A stretch of DNA of 62,514 nucleotides, the filler included, from Nanobdellota archaeon (GTDB taxonomy: Archaea; Nanobdellota; Nanobdellia; Woesearchaeales; CAZZGN01): NCBI GenBank assembly GCA_051819665.1. It is 6 parts of 6 records of this genome, joined end to end, with 100 filler letters (N's around TTAATTAATTAA, not from the genome) between each part and the next. Parts side by side here need not be neighbours in the genome. Positions count along the whole stretch, not along the records: positions 44,158 to 53,416 come from JBNJDG010000038.1; positions 53,517 to 62,514 come from JBNJDG010000039.1; 4 more parts are not named here. The stretch is one strand, 5' to 3'. Under the pieces are notes generated by a model, which was not told the origin of the DNA, searched no databases, and was given only the letters and a program-made list of their open reading frames with translations. This document shows positions 49,056 to 58,767 of this stretch, piece after piece (the first letter of the stretch is position 1; every line of letters begins with the position of its first letter). Position numbers and translations under genes: made by a program.

Positions 49056-50707
49056 TACTGCCAATCCTCTACCTTGAAAGGCAGGGCCTCCTTACCGATT
49101 ATATGATAGTTCTTTATGAGCTCCCAGACATCGAAATAATTGAAGATCTTATTCTCCACCATCTTATCAAGTATCTTCCTTCTCTTATCGAGCTCTTTAT
49201 AGATATCCCTTGTGTCCTCGTAACCTATCATGAGGGCGATCTTGCTCTCCAGGATATAACTGTTCATCATACCCTTGAAAATGTGAGTATCATCGGTAGG
49301 GTTCCAATCAAAGACCTGCCTGGTTATCATCTTATCTGCTGGCGCATAATACCTCTCCAGCTCTGTCACACTCAAAACTCTTCGCAGGTGCTGACCTTTG
49401 TTGGTCACTGCCATCTGAATAAGAGAGATATTGAGGTTATCAATGAAAGCTATAGGTACATTGATAGGATCTCCTGTAAGCCTCTGTATCATCGTGGTAA
49501 CATTACCTGAGTGGAAAGTCGACATCACTGGATGACCGGTCTGCATAGCCTGGAAAGCTACGTTCCCCTCTTCACCCCTGATCTCTCCCACGATGATATA
49601 ATCGGGTCGAGACCTGAGGGAAGCGAGAAGGAGTTTCTGCATCGTAATGTCAGTCTCTTTTCCCGCCTCCCTCGACAGGAGGTGCTGCCAGGTCTCATGA
49701 GGCATTGTTACCTCTGGTGTGTTCTCTACCGTATAGACCTTATCGGCAGGTTTTATGAAAGTGCATATCGCGTTCAATGTAGTAGTTTTCCCGGAAGCCG
49801 TCTCTCCACAGACGAAAAGGTTCATCCCGTTCTCCAGGCAGATCCATAGATAAGCAGCAATCTCAGAGCTCATCGTCCCGAAATTGATGATCTGGGTCAC
49901 ACTTATCGGGACCTCAGAGAACTTTCGGATCGTAAAGCTTGAACCTTCAAGGCTCACATCACGACCATAGATGAAGTTGCTCCTGGATCCGTCGGGCATC
50001 ATCGCGTCAACAACAGCATTCGCATCCGAAGCAGGTCTCTCAACCCTCTCAGTGACCTCGATCACGAATTTGTTCAATTCCACATCGTCCTTGAACTCGA
50101 TGTTAGTATAGACCATGTCAAAGATCTTGTGAATGAGGGACAAAGTACCGACACCAGTACAATGGATATCCTCCGGATATGGATCATTGAATATCGGCTC
50201 AAGCTTACCAAACCCCACCCTGTTCCTTATGATATAATACCTTATCGTATCGTTCTGCTCCTTCGTGAGCTTTATCTTGGAATTGAACTGGCTCATGAAG
50301 CCTGCTCCCTTATCCTCATCCACAACTTCCACTATCTGATCCATCAGCTTGAGAAGCACATCACCTATCTCGTTGACATTATGCGGTACGGGCAGCACGT
50401 TACCCACTTCAATTAGCCTGTTAAGGACCTGATCATAAAGCCCCTGTATATCCTCGTCGAACTCAGGCTCGATAACGATATACCTCATACCCCTCTTGCC
50501 TTCCTTATAGATATGGATGAAAATAGGATCACCCACAGGATAGACAAGATTGGGATTCTTCATCTTCTTCATCTTCCTGCTCAGCTCCGGATAGAACTCT
50601 GGCTCCCCTCTTTCTTTAGTGACCTGCTCAATATACTTCCTGAAATGAGGGAACTTGGCCTTTGCTTCTTTCATCGAAAGCGTTTTTTTAAGATTCTTTT
50701 CCGGCAT
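49055..50707 (-). CDS. arlI: archaellum ATPase ArlI (FlaI)
   Basis: YPVGDPIFIHI, GETASGKTT, LRSRPDYIIVGEIRG.EG, QTGHPVMSTFH. Confidence 0.96.
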   Translation of the reverse strand: MPEKNLKKTLSMKEAKAKFPHFRKYIEQVTKERGEPEFYPELSRKMKKMKNPNLVYPVGDPIFIHIYKEGKRGMRYIVIEPEFDEDIQGLYDQVLNRLIEVGNVLPVPHNVNEIGDVLLKLMDQIVEVVDEDKGAGFMSQFNSKIKLTKEQNDTIRYYIIRNRVGFGKLEPIFNDPYPEDIHCTGVGTLSLIHKIFDMVYTNIEFKDDVELNKFVIEVTERVERPASDANAVVDAMMPDGSRSNFIYGRDVSLEGSSFTIRKFSEVPISVTQIINFGTMSSEIAAYLWICLENGMNLFVCGETASGKTTTLNAICTFIKPADKVYTVENTPEVTMPHETWQHLLSREAGKETDITMQKLLLASLRSRPDYIIVGEIRGEEGNVAFQAMQTGHPVMSTFHSGNVTTMIQRLTGDPINVPIAFIDNLNISLIQMAVTNKGQHLRRVLSVTELERYYAPADKMITRQVFDWNPTDDTHIFKGMMNSYILESKIALMIGYEDTRDIYKELDKRRKILDKMVENKIFNYFDVWELIKNYHIIGKEALPFKVEDWQ

Positions 50708-50711
50708 AATA

Positions 50712-51410
50712 TCAACTCAATGACGCTAGTTCTATACTTAAACCCACATTAGGCTGCACCTTGAACGGGAATCTGACGGCAACCTCCTCTGCAGATCTCC
50801 TGTATCTCTTGATGTTCGCAACCCTAAGGAAGACACCAAGGACTTCCTTTGCCTCTACAGTAAGGTATATATCGGAGACCGCTCTCAAGATATTAAGGAA
50901 CTCTTTCTTAAGATGCTCAGGGTCAACACATATGATGATATTCTTATTCAGGCTTATCATCTTCTTGAAGAACTTCACTATCTGGAATATCTTCCCCTTC
51001 TTTATCTCATTATGGACTATAAGGTAAGAGAGAGTATCAAAGACAACAACATCTTTCTCGAATATCTTCTTCGTTGCCATGAGCCTGTCAATGAAATCAT
51101 CCCTGAGTTTAACATCACCAAGATAAGGGAACATAGGAACAAAGAACAGATTCTCATGGAGTATATCTTCATTAATCGAATAACCGAGAGAAGACATCTG
51201 GTCCACGAAACCCATCGTATGGAGCTCCGTACTTATATAAGTCACAGTGGTATCATTCTTCACAAGACTATAGGAAAGCCTTTGGGCAAGGATGCTCTTA
51301 CCTCCTCCATCATTACCTTCAATGAGCATAAGAGTGCCCTGCGGCAGACCGCCGCCGAACTTATCACTCAGCTCATCCCTCTTAAGGTCTATCCGTAACT
51401 GTCCTTTCAT
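50712..51410 (-). CDS. arlH: archaellum protein ArlH (FlaH), KaiC/RecA-like
   Basis: RDEL..KFGGGLP.G, EGNDGGGKS, YISTE, F.VQPNVGL. Confidence 0.93.
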   Translation of the reverse strand: MKGQLRIDLKRDELSDKFGGGLPQGTLMLIEGNDGGGKSILAQRLSYSLVKNDTTVTYISTELHTMGFVDQMSSLGYSINEDILHENLFFVPMFPYLGDVKLRDDFIDRLMATKKIFEKDVVVFDTLSYLIVHNEIKKGKIFQIVKFFKKMISLNKNIIICVDPEHLKKEFLNILRAVSDIYLTVEAKEVLGVFLRVANIKRYRRSAEEVAVRFPFKVQPNVGLSIELASLS

Positions 51411-51413
51411 TAT

Positions 51414-51869
51414 TTAAACACCTATCGTCGAAGCCCTGACTATCCCGTTCTCTGAAGATACCCTTATAAGATGCTTCCCTGAGGTAAGCTCCCTCGAAAC
51501 ATTGATCTCTATCTTCTCTCCCGAGTCCCAATGATTATCATTCACTAGATTATCCTTGATCTCAATCTCCTTAGCAGAGGAATCCCTTTTTATCCTCTCA
51601 TCATCAATGAATATGTCAACCTGTTCCGGATCGAGCTTTACCGAGCCGGTATTCTCCACCTGCAGAGAGATCCTGCTCTCCCCGGCATCATAATCTGCAT
51701 CTGTTATCTCGAAGGAAGTATCAAACTTCCTGAACAACTCCTTATTCTGGCTCTCAAAAGACTGATCGGTTGTAGAGATATAACCCTTATGAACCATGGT
51801 CAGCATCACCACTGCAAGCAACACCGACATGAAAAGTATGACCTGTGATATGACATTGCCGAACCCCAT
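51414..51869 (-). CDS. arlF: archaellum stator protein ArlF (FlaF)
   Basis: MGF start, TM helix, VENTGS, W..GE, ENG. Confidence 0.8.
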   Translation of the reverse strand: MGFGNVISQVILFMSVLLAVVMLTMVHKGYISTTDQSFESQNKELFRKFDTSFEITDADYDAGESRISLQVENTGSVKLDPEQVDIFIDDERIKRDSSAKEIEIKDNLVNDNHWDSGEKIEINVSRELTSGKHLIRVSSENGIVRASTIGV

Positions 51870-51875
51870 CTTAAG

Positions 51876-52343
51876 TCACGTCGAAAACTCACTCTTATCC
51901 TGTGAGCCGTATTGTCCGGTCACCAGGACATCATAAGTGGTATTATCATCAAGTGTTTTGTTCACAATTATCCGGAGTTGTTCTTTCGGATCCCAGAGAC
52001 CCTCATTAGCAACCTCTGTATCGGGCAGGACCTCAACCTTCCTCGATTCATTGTTCCTCTCTATCCTCTCACCAGAGAGATATATGTCAACATAAGATGT
52101 ATCTATTATTGTAGAACCTGTATTCTCTACATAAACTGTGGTCTGGTTCTCTGCCCTGTCGACATAATTGACCAGCTCGATCGTGATATCTGTCTTGAGC
52201 TGGTTGGACAACCAGTTCTGCTGGGTCTCAATAGAGCTTGCTGTAGCATCGATATTATCATTGAAAACGGCCACCACAAGGGTAGATATACTTATAACTG
52301 CAATGAACATTATCAGATGGGATGATACAGCACTCATACCCAT
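51876..52343 (-). CDS. arlG: archaellum stator protein ArlG (FlaG)
   Basis: SSHLIMFIA, LKTDI, YVENTGS, WDP.E. Confidence 0.82.
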   Translation of the reverse strand: MGMSAVSSHLIMFIAVISISTLVVAVFNDNIDATASSIETQQNWLSNQLKTDITIELVNYVDRAENQTTVYVENTGSTIIDTSYVDIYLSGERIERNNESRKVEVLPDTEVANEGLWDPKEQLRIIVNKTLDDNTTYDVLVTGQYGSQDKSEFST

Positions 52344-52460
52344 TCACAAGCACCTCTTCATCTCAAGGAAATCCGTTACGTGGTTCTTCCTCTGCCCGCG
52401 TTTATATTTCACCTGCTCAAACGCAAGCTTATCGATACCTTCCATATATCCCGTCATCAT
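52344..52460 (-). CDS. small ORF (38 aa) heading the arl operon
   Basis: MMTGYMEGIDKLAFEQVKYKRGQRKNHVTDFLEMKRCL; GAGG SD; TGA directly abuts the arlG ATG. Confidence 0.5.
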   Translation of the reverse strand: MMTGYMEGIDKLAFEQVKYKRGQRKNHVTDFLEMKRCL

Positions 52461-52612
52461 TGTCAATCGCCTCTTATTTTTTATATAACACTATACTAAA
52501 AAGTATATTGTTATGTGGGTTCACTTTTATATAAATCTTTTGGTTCGGTTTTTCGGATGTACCGAATAAATAAAAAAATTTATATACCTCTCCATACTTA
52601 GATGTATAAAAA

Positions 52613-53191
52613 ATGGAATATTGCATCGCTTACAATAAGAATTCAAAAGAGATCATCGATTTCCTGCCTGTAGAGATAGATGAAAAAGTGAAAAACAATA
52701 TCATAGAGGTATGGAACCAAAAGATATCAAGAGAGATACTGATCACCCTTTCAGAACAGGGAGAGATGACAGCACCGAAGATAAAAGAAAAGATCGGACA
52801 TTCAGCTTCCACCCTCCATGAGAACATAAAGAACCTGGAAGAGAAAGGGCTTATCAAGACAGAGATGATCTATAAAGGGAACAAACAGAAAGTGATAAAG
52901 CCAAAGGTTTTATGCATCACAAAAAACCCCAGGTCAAAGGAAAGGTTCAAACGGTTTTTCAGAGGTCTCTTCGTTGATACTAACAACAACAAGAAGATTA
53001 TCGAATTCCTGAAACAACACCCCCAAAAGTATTTCTCCATCGAGGAGATCTCTGCAAAAACCAAAATCCCTTCCGACGAGATAGAGATCCTTCTCAATAA
53101 CTGGGAATCCCAGATAACAAGGTCATTCTCTGACTTCATGAAAGAAAAACCATTCGAGAAAAAGACCCTTTACAGGTTCAGGAATGTTTGA
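52613..53191 (+). CDS. winged-HTH (ArsR-like) transcriptional regulator, divergent from the arl operon
   Basis: REILITL..GEMTAPKIKEKIGHSASTLHENIKNLEEKGLI; second HTH-like segment FSIEEISAKTKIP. Confidence 0.8.
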   Translation: MEYCIAYNKNSKEIIDFLPVEIDEKVKNNIIEVWNQKISREILITLSEQGEMTAPKIKEKIGHSASTLHENIKNLEEKGLIKTEMIYKGNKQKVIKPKVLCITKNPRSKERFKRFFRGLFVDTNNNKKIIEFLKQHPQKYFSIEEISAKTKIPSDEIEILLNNWESQITRSFSDFMKEKPFEKKTLYRFRNV

Positions 53192-53416
53192 ATAATTTCT
53201 TGACCACTTCGGGCTTGCTGTTAAGGTTGACATCCAGATCCTTGTTCTTTGATTTTATCCAGAACAATACCCTTCCTTTTCTGGAAAGCACATGCTTCTT
53301 ATAATCATCTTCAGACATATGCATGACCAACTCACCAAAAGACTCAAGATCATAGACCTTCTGGCCGTTGATCTCTATAGGAGTACCTTTAGATTCAGAA
53401 CCACTCCCGGACGCTC
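53178..53416 (-). CDS. C-terminal fragment of a hypothetical protein (DUF5752-like domain)
   Basis: Open frame from the gap: INGQKVYDLESFGELVMHMSEDDYKKHV...FWI; stop at 53178. Confidence 0.55.
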
Positions 53417-53516
53417 NNNNNNNNNNNNNNNNNNNNNNNNNNNNNNNNNNNNNNNNNNNNTTAATTAATTAANNNNNNNNNNNNNNNNNNNNNNNNNNNN
53501 NNNNNNNNNNNNNNNN
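53417..53516. other. artificial contig-joining linker
   Basis: N44-TTAATTAATTAA-N44. Confidence 0.98.
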
Positions 53517-53558
53517 AAAGCCGCAGGAAATATATATCTCTTTATCTTACCACACAAT

Positions 53559-54170
53559 ATGTCAAGACAGACCATGCTGAGGAATGTGGATCAGATACTC
53601 GGTACAGGTAATGAGAATATCTTTGAAGCCTTCGAGAGAATAGACAGGGCATGGTTCGTCGATGCGCCTGAGCCATACCTTGACAGCCCGCTGCCCATCG
53701 GGGAAGATCAGACAATCTCGCAGCCGAGCACGGTCGCTTATATGTTAAAACTATCAGGTGTTGAAAAAGGCGATAAAGTGCTCGAGATAGGCACAGGGTC
53801 GGGATGGAACGCCGCTCTCATTAAACAAATAGTAGGAAAGAAAGGGGAAGTGATCACTTCAGAGAAAGAGAAGGCCCTCGCAGAGAAAGCTGTTAAGAAC
53901 CTCTCCAAGGCAGGGATTGATGATGTAAGGGTCCAGACAAGTGATTTCAGGAATATTAAGGAAAAATTCGACATAATCATATTCACTGCAGGCATGACCG
54001 AACTTGAAAAAAGAGAGGTTACCGACTTCGGAAGAAAAGCGCTCAAGGATGATGGAAGGCTCATCTGTCCCCGGACAAGAGGCCCTGTGATGATAATGGA
54101 CAAGAGAGAGGGAAAAGAGAGCATAGAACAGACCGGAGAGTCATTCGTCTTCGTTCCGTTGAGGCTCTAG
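53559..54170 (+). CDS. pcm: protein-L-isoaspartate O-methyltransferase
   Basis: PLPIGEDQTISQP, VLEIGTGSGWNAA, FVFVPL. Confidence 0.92.
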   Translation: MSRQTMLRNVDQILGTGNENIFEAFERIDRAWFVDAPEPYLDSPLPIGEDQTISQPSTVAYMLKLSGVEKGDKVLEIGTGSGWNAALIKQIVGKKGEVITSEKEKALAEKAVKNLSKAGIDDVRVQTSDFRNIKEKFDIIIFTAGMTELEKREVTDFGRKALKDDGRLICPRTRGPVMIMDKREGKESIEQTGESFVFVPLRL

Positions 54171-54211
54171 TTCCACAATATTTTTAAATCCATTCTGCCT
54201 TCTAAAGAGAT

Positions 54212-55057
54212 ATGATACTCAACAAATTCAAGACAGCGATGCTCCTCGCACTGCTCACAGCACTCCTCTTATGGGCAGGCCAGGCCCTGGGTGGTGCAGG
54301 TGGATTAGGTATAGCAATAATCCTTGTCCTGGCGATGAACCTGGGAAGCTTCTGGTTCTCGGATAAGATAGTCCTGTCCATGTACAAAGCGAAGAAAGTA
54401 TCGCAGAAGGAAGCGCCGAGGCTTTACAGCCTTGTCAAGGACATCTCGGAAAGAGCAGAGCTCCCGATGCCGAAGATATACATCCTCCCGAGCATGAGCC
54501 CGAATGCTTTCGCTACAGGCAGAAGCCCCAGCCATTCAGCTGTCGCAGCAACCAAGGGCCTGATGGAGATGCTGAATGATGAAGAGTTGAAAGGTGTCCT
54601 TGCCCATGAGATGAGCCATGTCAGACACAGGGACACGCTTATACAGACAATTTCAGGTATGATCGCAGGTATAATCTCTTACCTAGCCATATTCGCAAGA
54701 TTCGGTGCTTTATTCGGACTTGGAGGGGATGATGAGAACGGAGGCATCTTAGGAATACTTCTCATGTCAATACTCGCCCCTCTGGCAGCATCCATTATCC
54801 AGATGGCCATATCCAGGAACAGGGAATTCATGGCGGATGAAGGCGCAGCTAAACTCCTTAATAATCCCAACGGGCTGGCTAAGGCTCTAAGGAAGATCGA
54901 GGAAGGCGTAAAGAAGAAGCCTATGAAGATGGGTGGAGACTCTACGGCACACCTTTTCATATCAAATCCTTTCAAAGCGAAGAAGATGATGAACCTCTTC
55001 TCTACACACCCTACAACAGATGCAAGAGTTAAGAGGCTTGAGTCTCTTAATGTCTAA
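54212..55057 (+). CDS. htpX: zinc metalloprotease HtpX
   Basis: PNAFATGR, GVLAHEMSH, ISRNREFMAD, LFSTHP. Confidence 0.95.
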   Translation: MILNKFKTAMLLALLTALLLWAGQALGGAGGLGIAIILVLAMNLGSFWFSDKIVLSMYKAKKVSQKEAPRLYSLVKDISERAELPMPKIYILPSMSPNAFATGRSPSHSAVAATKGLMEMLNDEELKGVLAHEMSHVRHRDTLIQTISGMIAGIISYLAIFARFGALFGLGGDDENGGILGILLMSILAPLAASIIQMAISRNREFMADEGAAKLLNNPNGLAKALRKIEEGVKKKPMKMGGDSTAHLFISNPFKAKKMMNLFSTHPTTDARVKRLESLNV

Positions 55058-55491
55058 TCCCTGTAAACCCTTAAACAGTGCATCTGATGAAGGGCTATTA
55101 CCTGTATTATCACTGCCGCCGCGATTATGAGGTCATGATAACTCATCAGATGATGTAAAGCTACAGGGGAAAGAGCAGAGATTATCCCGGTTGACGCAGC
55201 AGCAACACAGAATCCTGAAGTTGTACATACATGCAGAGCACTGAATCCGAGAACAGCTCCGAACAGGCCGAGACCGGAACCTTTATGCCTGGCCAGATCA
55301 GCTCTTTCTTTTATATTCCTGACTGTACAGGTAAGGGATAATGAAAATGTCGCCATAAAAAGGACAGAGAGAGGTATGAGATGACCTCTGAAAGCCTGTG
55401 AAGGCAGGATAAGATAAGAGATGATGAGCGCGAGTATGAATACGGCCCTGCACCTCCATCCTTTGAGGATCCTCAGTAAATAGAACTTCAT
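55054..55491 (-). CDS. small polytopic membrane protein with intramembrane Cys/His residues
   Basis: About four TM segments; HVCTTSGFC; start set at ATG 55491. Confidence 0.65.
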   Translation of the reverse strand: MKFYLLRILKGWRCRAVFILALIISYLILPSQAFRGHLIPLSVLFMATFSLSLTCTVRNIKERADLARHKGSGLGLFGAVLGFSALHVCTTSGFCVAAASTGIISALSPVALHHLMSYHDLIIAAAVIIQVIALHQMHCLRVYRD

Positions 55492-55622
55492 AGCACTTCT
55501 TCTTAAAAGGTCTTTTAAAACAGTTATGGTGTTGTGAATAAGGTGAAAAATTCGTTCATTACCCATAACAAAAAAAGACACAAAACGGAAATTATATAAA
55601 TGCCCGAAGGGCTTTTTGTAAT

Positions 55623-56294
55623 ATGGGAATTCGGAAAAAACGGTTGAATAATTATCTTGCAGGACTGCTGATATTCTTCCTAATAAGCCTCATAGCCTTA
55701 TCCATCTTCTTCAAGGATAACATGGAAGAGATGAACGAGAACTACAAACAACAGAAAGAGAGGCTAAAGCTCACGAAGCAGGAACTGCAGTATCAGCTGA
55801 ACAGGTATAATGAACTCAATTCCTCATACAAAGAGCTGAACACAGAAGTTGATTCCTACACTAAAGAATTCCAGAATGTATACGGTAAATGCAAAAAGGA
55901 GAAAGAAGAGCTTGCAGAAGAGCTTGATGAGACCATAAAGTCCCTTAACAGCAAGAAGATCGATCTGCAGAACAAGAAGAACAAGCTTAACACAATAAGG
56001 TCAAAAGTGGTGAATCTGAAGGAAGACATGGATGATATTATAGCAGATTCGGAAGACATGAAAGAACACTCCAAGGATAGTTACAGTTATGCAAATGATA
56101 TCGAGGCGGATAAAGAGAACCTTACGATCTCGAAATGCGAGACCCAGCTTGACGATCATGAAGAAAAGGCAGGAGCCATTAAAGATGAAAGCGAGGACGG
56201 GATCAATAAGGCTGAAACCATGGAAGATGACCTGATCTTGATAAAGAACAAGCTCGAAGAGATAAACTCAGCATTGGTGGAACAGGATGCTTAA
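55623..56294 (+). CDS. membrane-anchored coiled-coil protein
   Basis: N-terminal TM helix then long heptad repeats; first gene of the MoxR operon. Confidence 0.75.
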   Translation: MGIRKKRLNNYLAGLLIFFLISLIALSIFFKDNMEEMNENYKQQKERLKLTKQELQYQLNRYNELNSSYKELNTEVDSYTKEFQNVYGKCKKEKEELAEELDETIKSLNSKKIDLQNKKNKLNTIRSKVVNLKEDMDDIIADSEDMKEHSKDSYSYANDIEADKENLTISKCETQLDDHEEKAGAIKDESEDGINKAETMEDDLILIKNKLEEINSALVEQDA

Positions 56295-56979
56295 GGACAA
56301 GATTGATGAGGTAACCTCTATACTGAGGAATGCGGCTTTCTTCCATTCCCTCATAGACGCTGTCCTGATGTTCGAAGTGGCTTATATAGCATTCTCCCTG
56401 ATAAATTTCTTCCCGGTCCTGTTGGCATCATTCATATCATCCCTCTACCTCATATTCAAATGGAGCAGCGGCCTCTCAAGATTCACTGAGCTGTACTTCG
56501 AGAAAAGGTTCCCTGACTTAAGGTACAAGCTCACGACCGCAAAAGAATGCCATGACAAGAACAGTTTTGTTGTGGAAAGGTTAAGGAGAGAGGTCTCCGA
56601 GAAGCTGAAACATATAGATGCAGGATACCTTTTCAATTTCAGGAAGGTATTTGCACAATCCTCGATAATAGTGATACTCTGTTTTTCCATAATCTTCATC
56701 GGCATGACAGACACGCAGTTCTTCGATCTGGAAGATAATATTGACTTGCCCGAAAACCCGATCACAGGAAAAGCCACACAGCAGAATGAGCAGGACGGCC
56801 TTGACTTCAAGTCACCGCAGAAGAAAGACCTGAGCGAGATAGAGGATACGAAGGATATCGATTTCAGGGAAGATGAATTTGATCATGACCTTCGTACGGT
56901 CGGGGCAAAAGAATATAAAGACCCCATGACCGAGGAAGAGCAGAAAGTAGTGAAAGAATACTTCGAGAATATCAGGTGA
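56287..56979 (+). CDS. membrane protein in the MoxR operon
   Basis: Three TM helices, E..FPDL..KL.TA motif, C-terminal VKEYF. Confidence 0.72.
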   Translation: MLKDKIDEVTSILRNAAFFHSLIDAVLMFEVAYIAFSLINFFPVLLASFISSLYLIFKWSSGLSRFTELYFEKRFPDLRYKLTTAKECHDKNSFVVERLRREVSEKLKHIDAGYLFNFRKVFAQSSIIVILCFSIIFIGMTDTQFFDLEDNIDLPENPITGKATQQNEQDGLDFKSPQKKDLSEIEDTKDIDFREDEFDHDLRTVGAKEYKDPMTEEEQKVVKEYFENIR

Positions 56980-56983
56980 GATC

Positions 56984-57907
56984 ATGGAAAAATTAAGAGA
57001 CACATTCAGTAAGATCAGGAAAGAAGTGAGCAAAGTAGTGGTAGGACAGAAAGAGACCTTTGACCAGATCCTCATATCGATACTTGCAGACAGCAATGCC
57101 CTGCTTGAAAGTTATCCCGGGCTTGGAAAGACCCTCATGGTGAGCACGCTGGCAGAGGTGATGGACCTGGATTTCTCGAGGATACAGTTCACCCCTGACC
57201 TAATGCCTTCCGATGTAACAGGAACACAGATCATCGAAGAGGTTGACGGCAAGAGATACTTCAAGTTCCAGAGAGGACCCATCTTCTCCAACATCGTCCT
57301 CGGTGACGAGATCAACAGAGCCACTCCTAAGACACAGTCCTCCCTTCTTGAGGCCATGCAGGAAAAGAGAGTTACATCGGGGAACAAGACATATGAGCTC
57401 GAGAAGCCTTTCTTTGTCCTGGCTACACAGAACCCTATCGAACAGGAAGGGACTTATCCGCTTCCCGAAGCACAGACCGACAGGTTCCTCCTGAAGATCA
57501 AGCTTGATTACCCTACAGAGGAAGAGGAGCATGAGATCCTGAGGAGATACACCTCTGCTGAAAAGAACGAGAAGATAAACAAAGTCATAGGGAAAGATTC
57601 CCTCCTGGTAATACAAAGGTTTGTGAGGGAAGTGCCTTTATCAAAAGAGCTTGAGAAGAGGATCATAGACCTCGTGAAAAAGACAAGGGAAGATGACCTG
57701 ATCGAATTCGGAGCTTCCCCGAGAGCTTCGATAGGATTGACTTTAGCTGCCAAAGCAAGGGCTATCCTTAACGGGAGGAGCAATGTGACAAAGGAAGACA
57801 TAGACAAAATGGCTTTCCCTGTCCTGAGGCACAGGATCATACTGAGCTTCGATGCAGAGAGAAAAGGCCTCACAACAGATGATGCTATTACCAAGATCCT
57901 AAAATGA
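56984..57907 (+). CDS. moxR: MoxR-family AAA+ ATPase
   Basis: PGLGKT, RIQFTPDLMPSD, DEINRA.PKTQSSLLEAMQE, NPIEQEGTYPLPEAQ.DRF, GASPR. Confidence 0.96.
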   Translation: MEKLRDTFSKIRKEVSKVVVGQKETFDQILISILADSNALLESYPGLGKTLMVSTLAEVMDLDFSRIQFTPDLMPSDVTGTQIIEEVDGKRYFKFQRGPIFSNIVLGDEINRATPKTQSSLLEAMQEKRVTSGNKTYELEKPFFVLATQNPIEQEGTYPLPEAQTDRFLLKIKLDYPTEEEEHEILRRYTSAEKNEKINKVIGKDSLLVIQRFVREVPLSKELEKRIIDLVKKTREDDLIEFGASPRASIGLTLAAKARAILNGRSNVTKEDIDKMAFPVLRHRIILSFDAERKGLTTDDAITKILK

Positions 57908-58752
57908 TAGACACCGATTTTCTTGACCAGCTTGCAAGGTTCAACCTGGTGATAAGGAAAAGGGTCACCTCCAGTTTCACGGGGACACACAAGTCTCATT
58001 CTTTCGGAACAGGTACTGAATTAAGGGACATGAGAGAATATGTTCATGGCGATGATATAAGGCAGATCGACTGGAACATATTCGCAAGGACAGACAAGCT
58101 TCATGTAAAAAGATTTGAGGAAGAGAAACACCTGCCTGTACATATAATAATCGATTATTCAAATTCAATGAACTTCGGGAGAGATAAGACCAAGTTCGAT
58201 TATGGGTGCATGCTCGGGATAGGATTCGCCTTCCTTGCTATGAAGAACAATGATAAGTTTGAGTTCTCTACATTCTCCGAGGACCTTTATCCTGTAAAAG
58301 CCCGGAGGGGAAGGAAACAACTGGCAGGGATAATAGACCACCTGGAAAAACTCAAAGCGGGCGGAAGAACAGACTTTGAGAAGATGATGTCAAGATACAG
58401 GAGATTCATAAAGAACAAGTCAATGGTGGTCATAATCTCCGATTTCATGTTCGACAGGGAACAGATAGAGAAAGGACTGTCCTATTTCAGGAAGCATGAC
58501 CTCAAGGTAATCCAGCTTCTGGATAAGAGCGAGGTCAATCTCGATCTGGAAGGTGACCTGAAGCTCAAGGATTCTGAAGATAATTCTATGATGAGGACTT
58601 ACCTGAGCAAGAAGATGAAAGAGAGATATTATAAACAGCTCGAAGAACATAAAGCTTTCATACAAAAAACTGTGGAATCACTCCGCGGAACTTTCTATCC
58701 GGCAGACACTTCTCAGGATGTATTCAATATCCTCTTCAATACGATATCCTGA
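57904..58752 (+). CDS. DUF58 / vWA-like MoxR partner
   Basis: REYVHGDDIRQIDWN, DYSNSM MIDAS, VIISDF. Confidence 0.92.
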   Translation: MIDTDFLDQLARFNLVIRKRVTSSFTGTHKSHSFGTGTELRDMREYVHGDDIRQIDWNIFARTDKLHVKRFEEEKHLPVHIIIDYSNSMNFGRDKTKFDYGCMLGIGFAFLAMKNNDKFEFSTFSEDLYPVKARRGRKQLAGIIDHLEKLKAGGRTDFEKMMSRYRRFIKNKSMVVIISDFMFDREQIEKGLSYFRKHDLKVIQLLDKSEVNLDLEGDLKLKDSEDNSMMRTYLSKKMKERYYKQLEEHKAFIQKTVESLRGTFYPADTSQDVFNILFNTIS

Positions 58753-58767
58753 AAATCAGCCCGTCCT

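Noticed and set aside
55500..55575. Possible fluoride riboswitch upstream of the small membrane protein
   Set aside because: Only a GTTATGG/CCATAAC stem; the conserved GGCGATG...TGATG core is missing.
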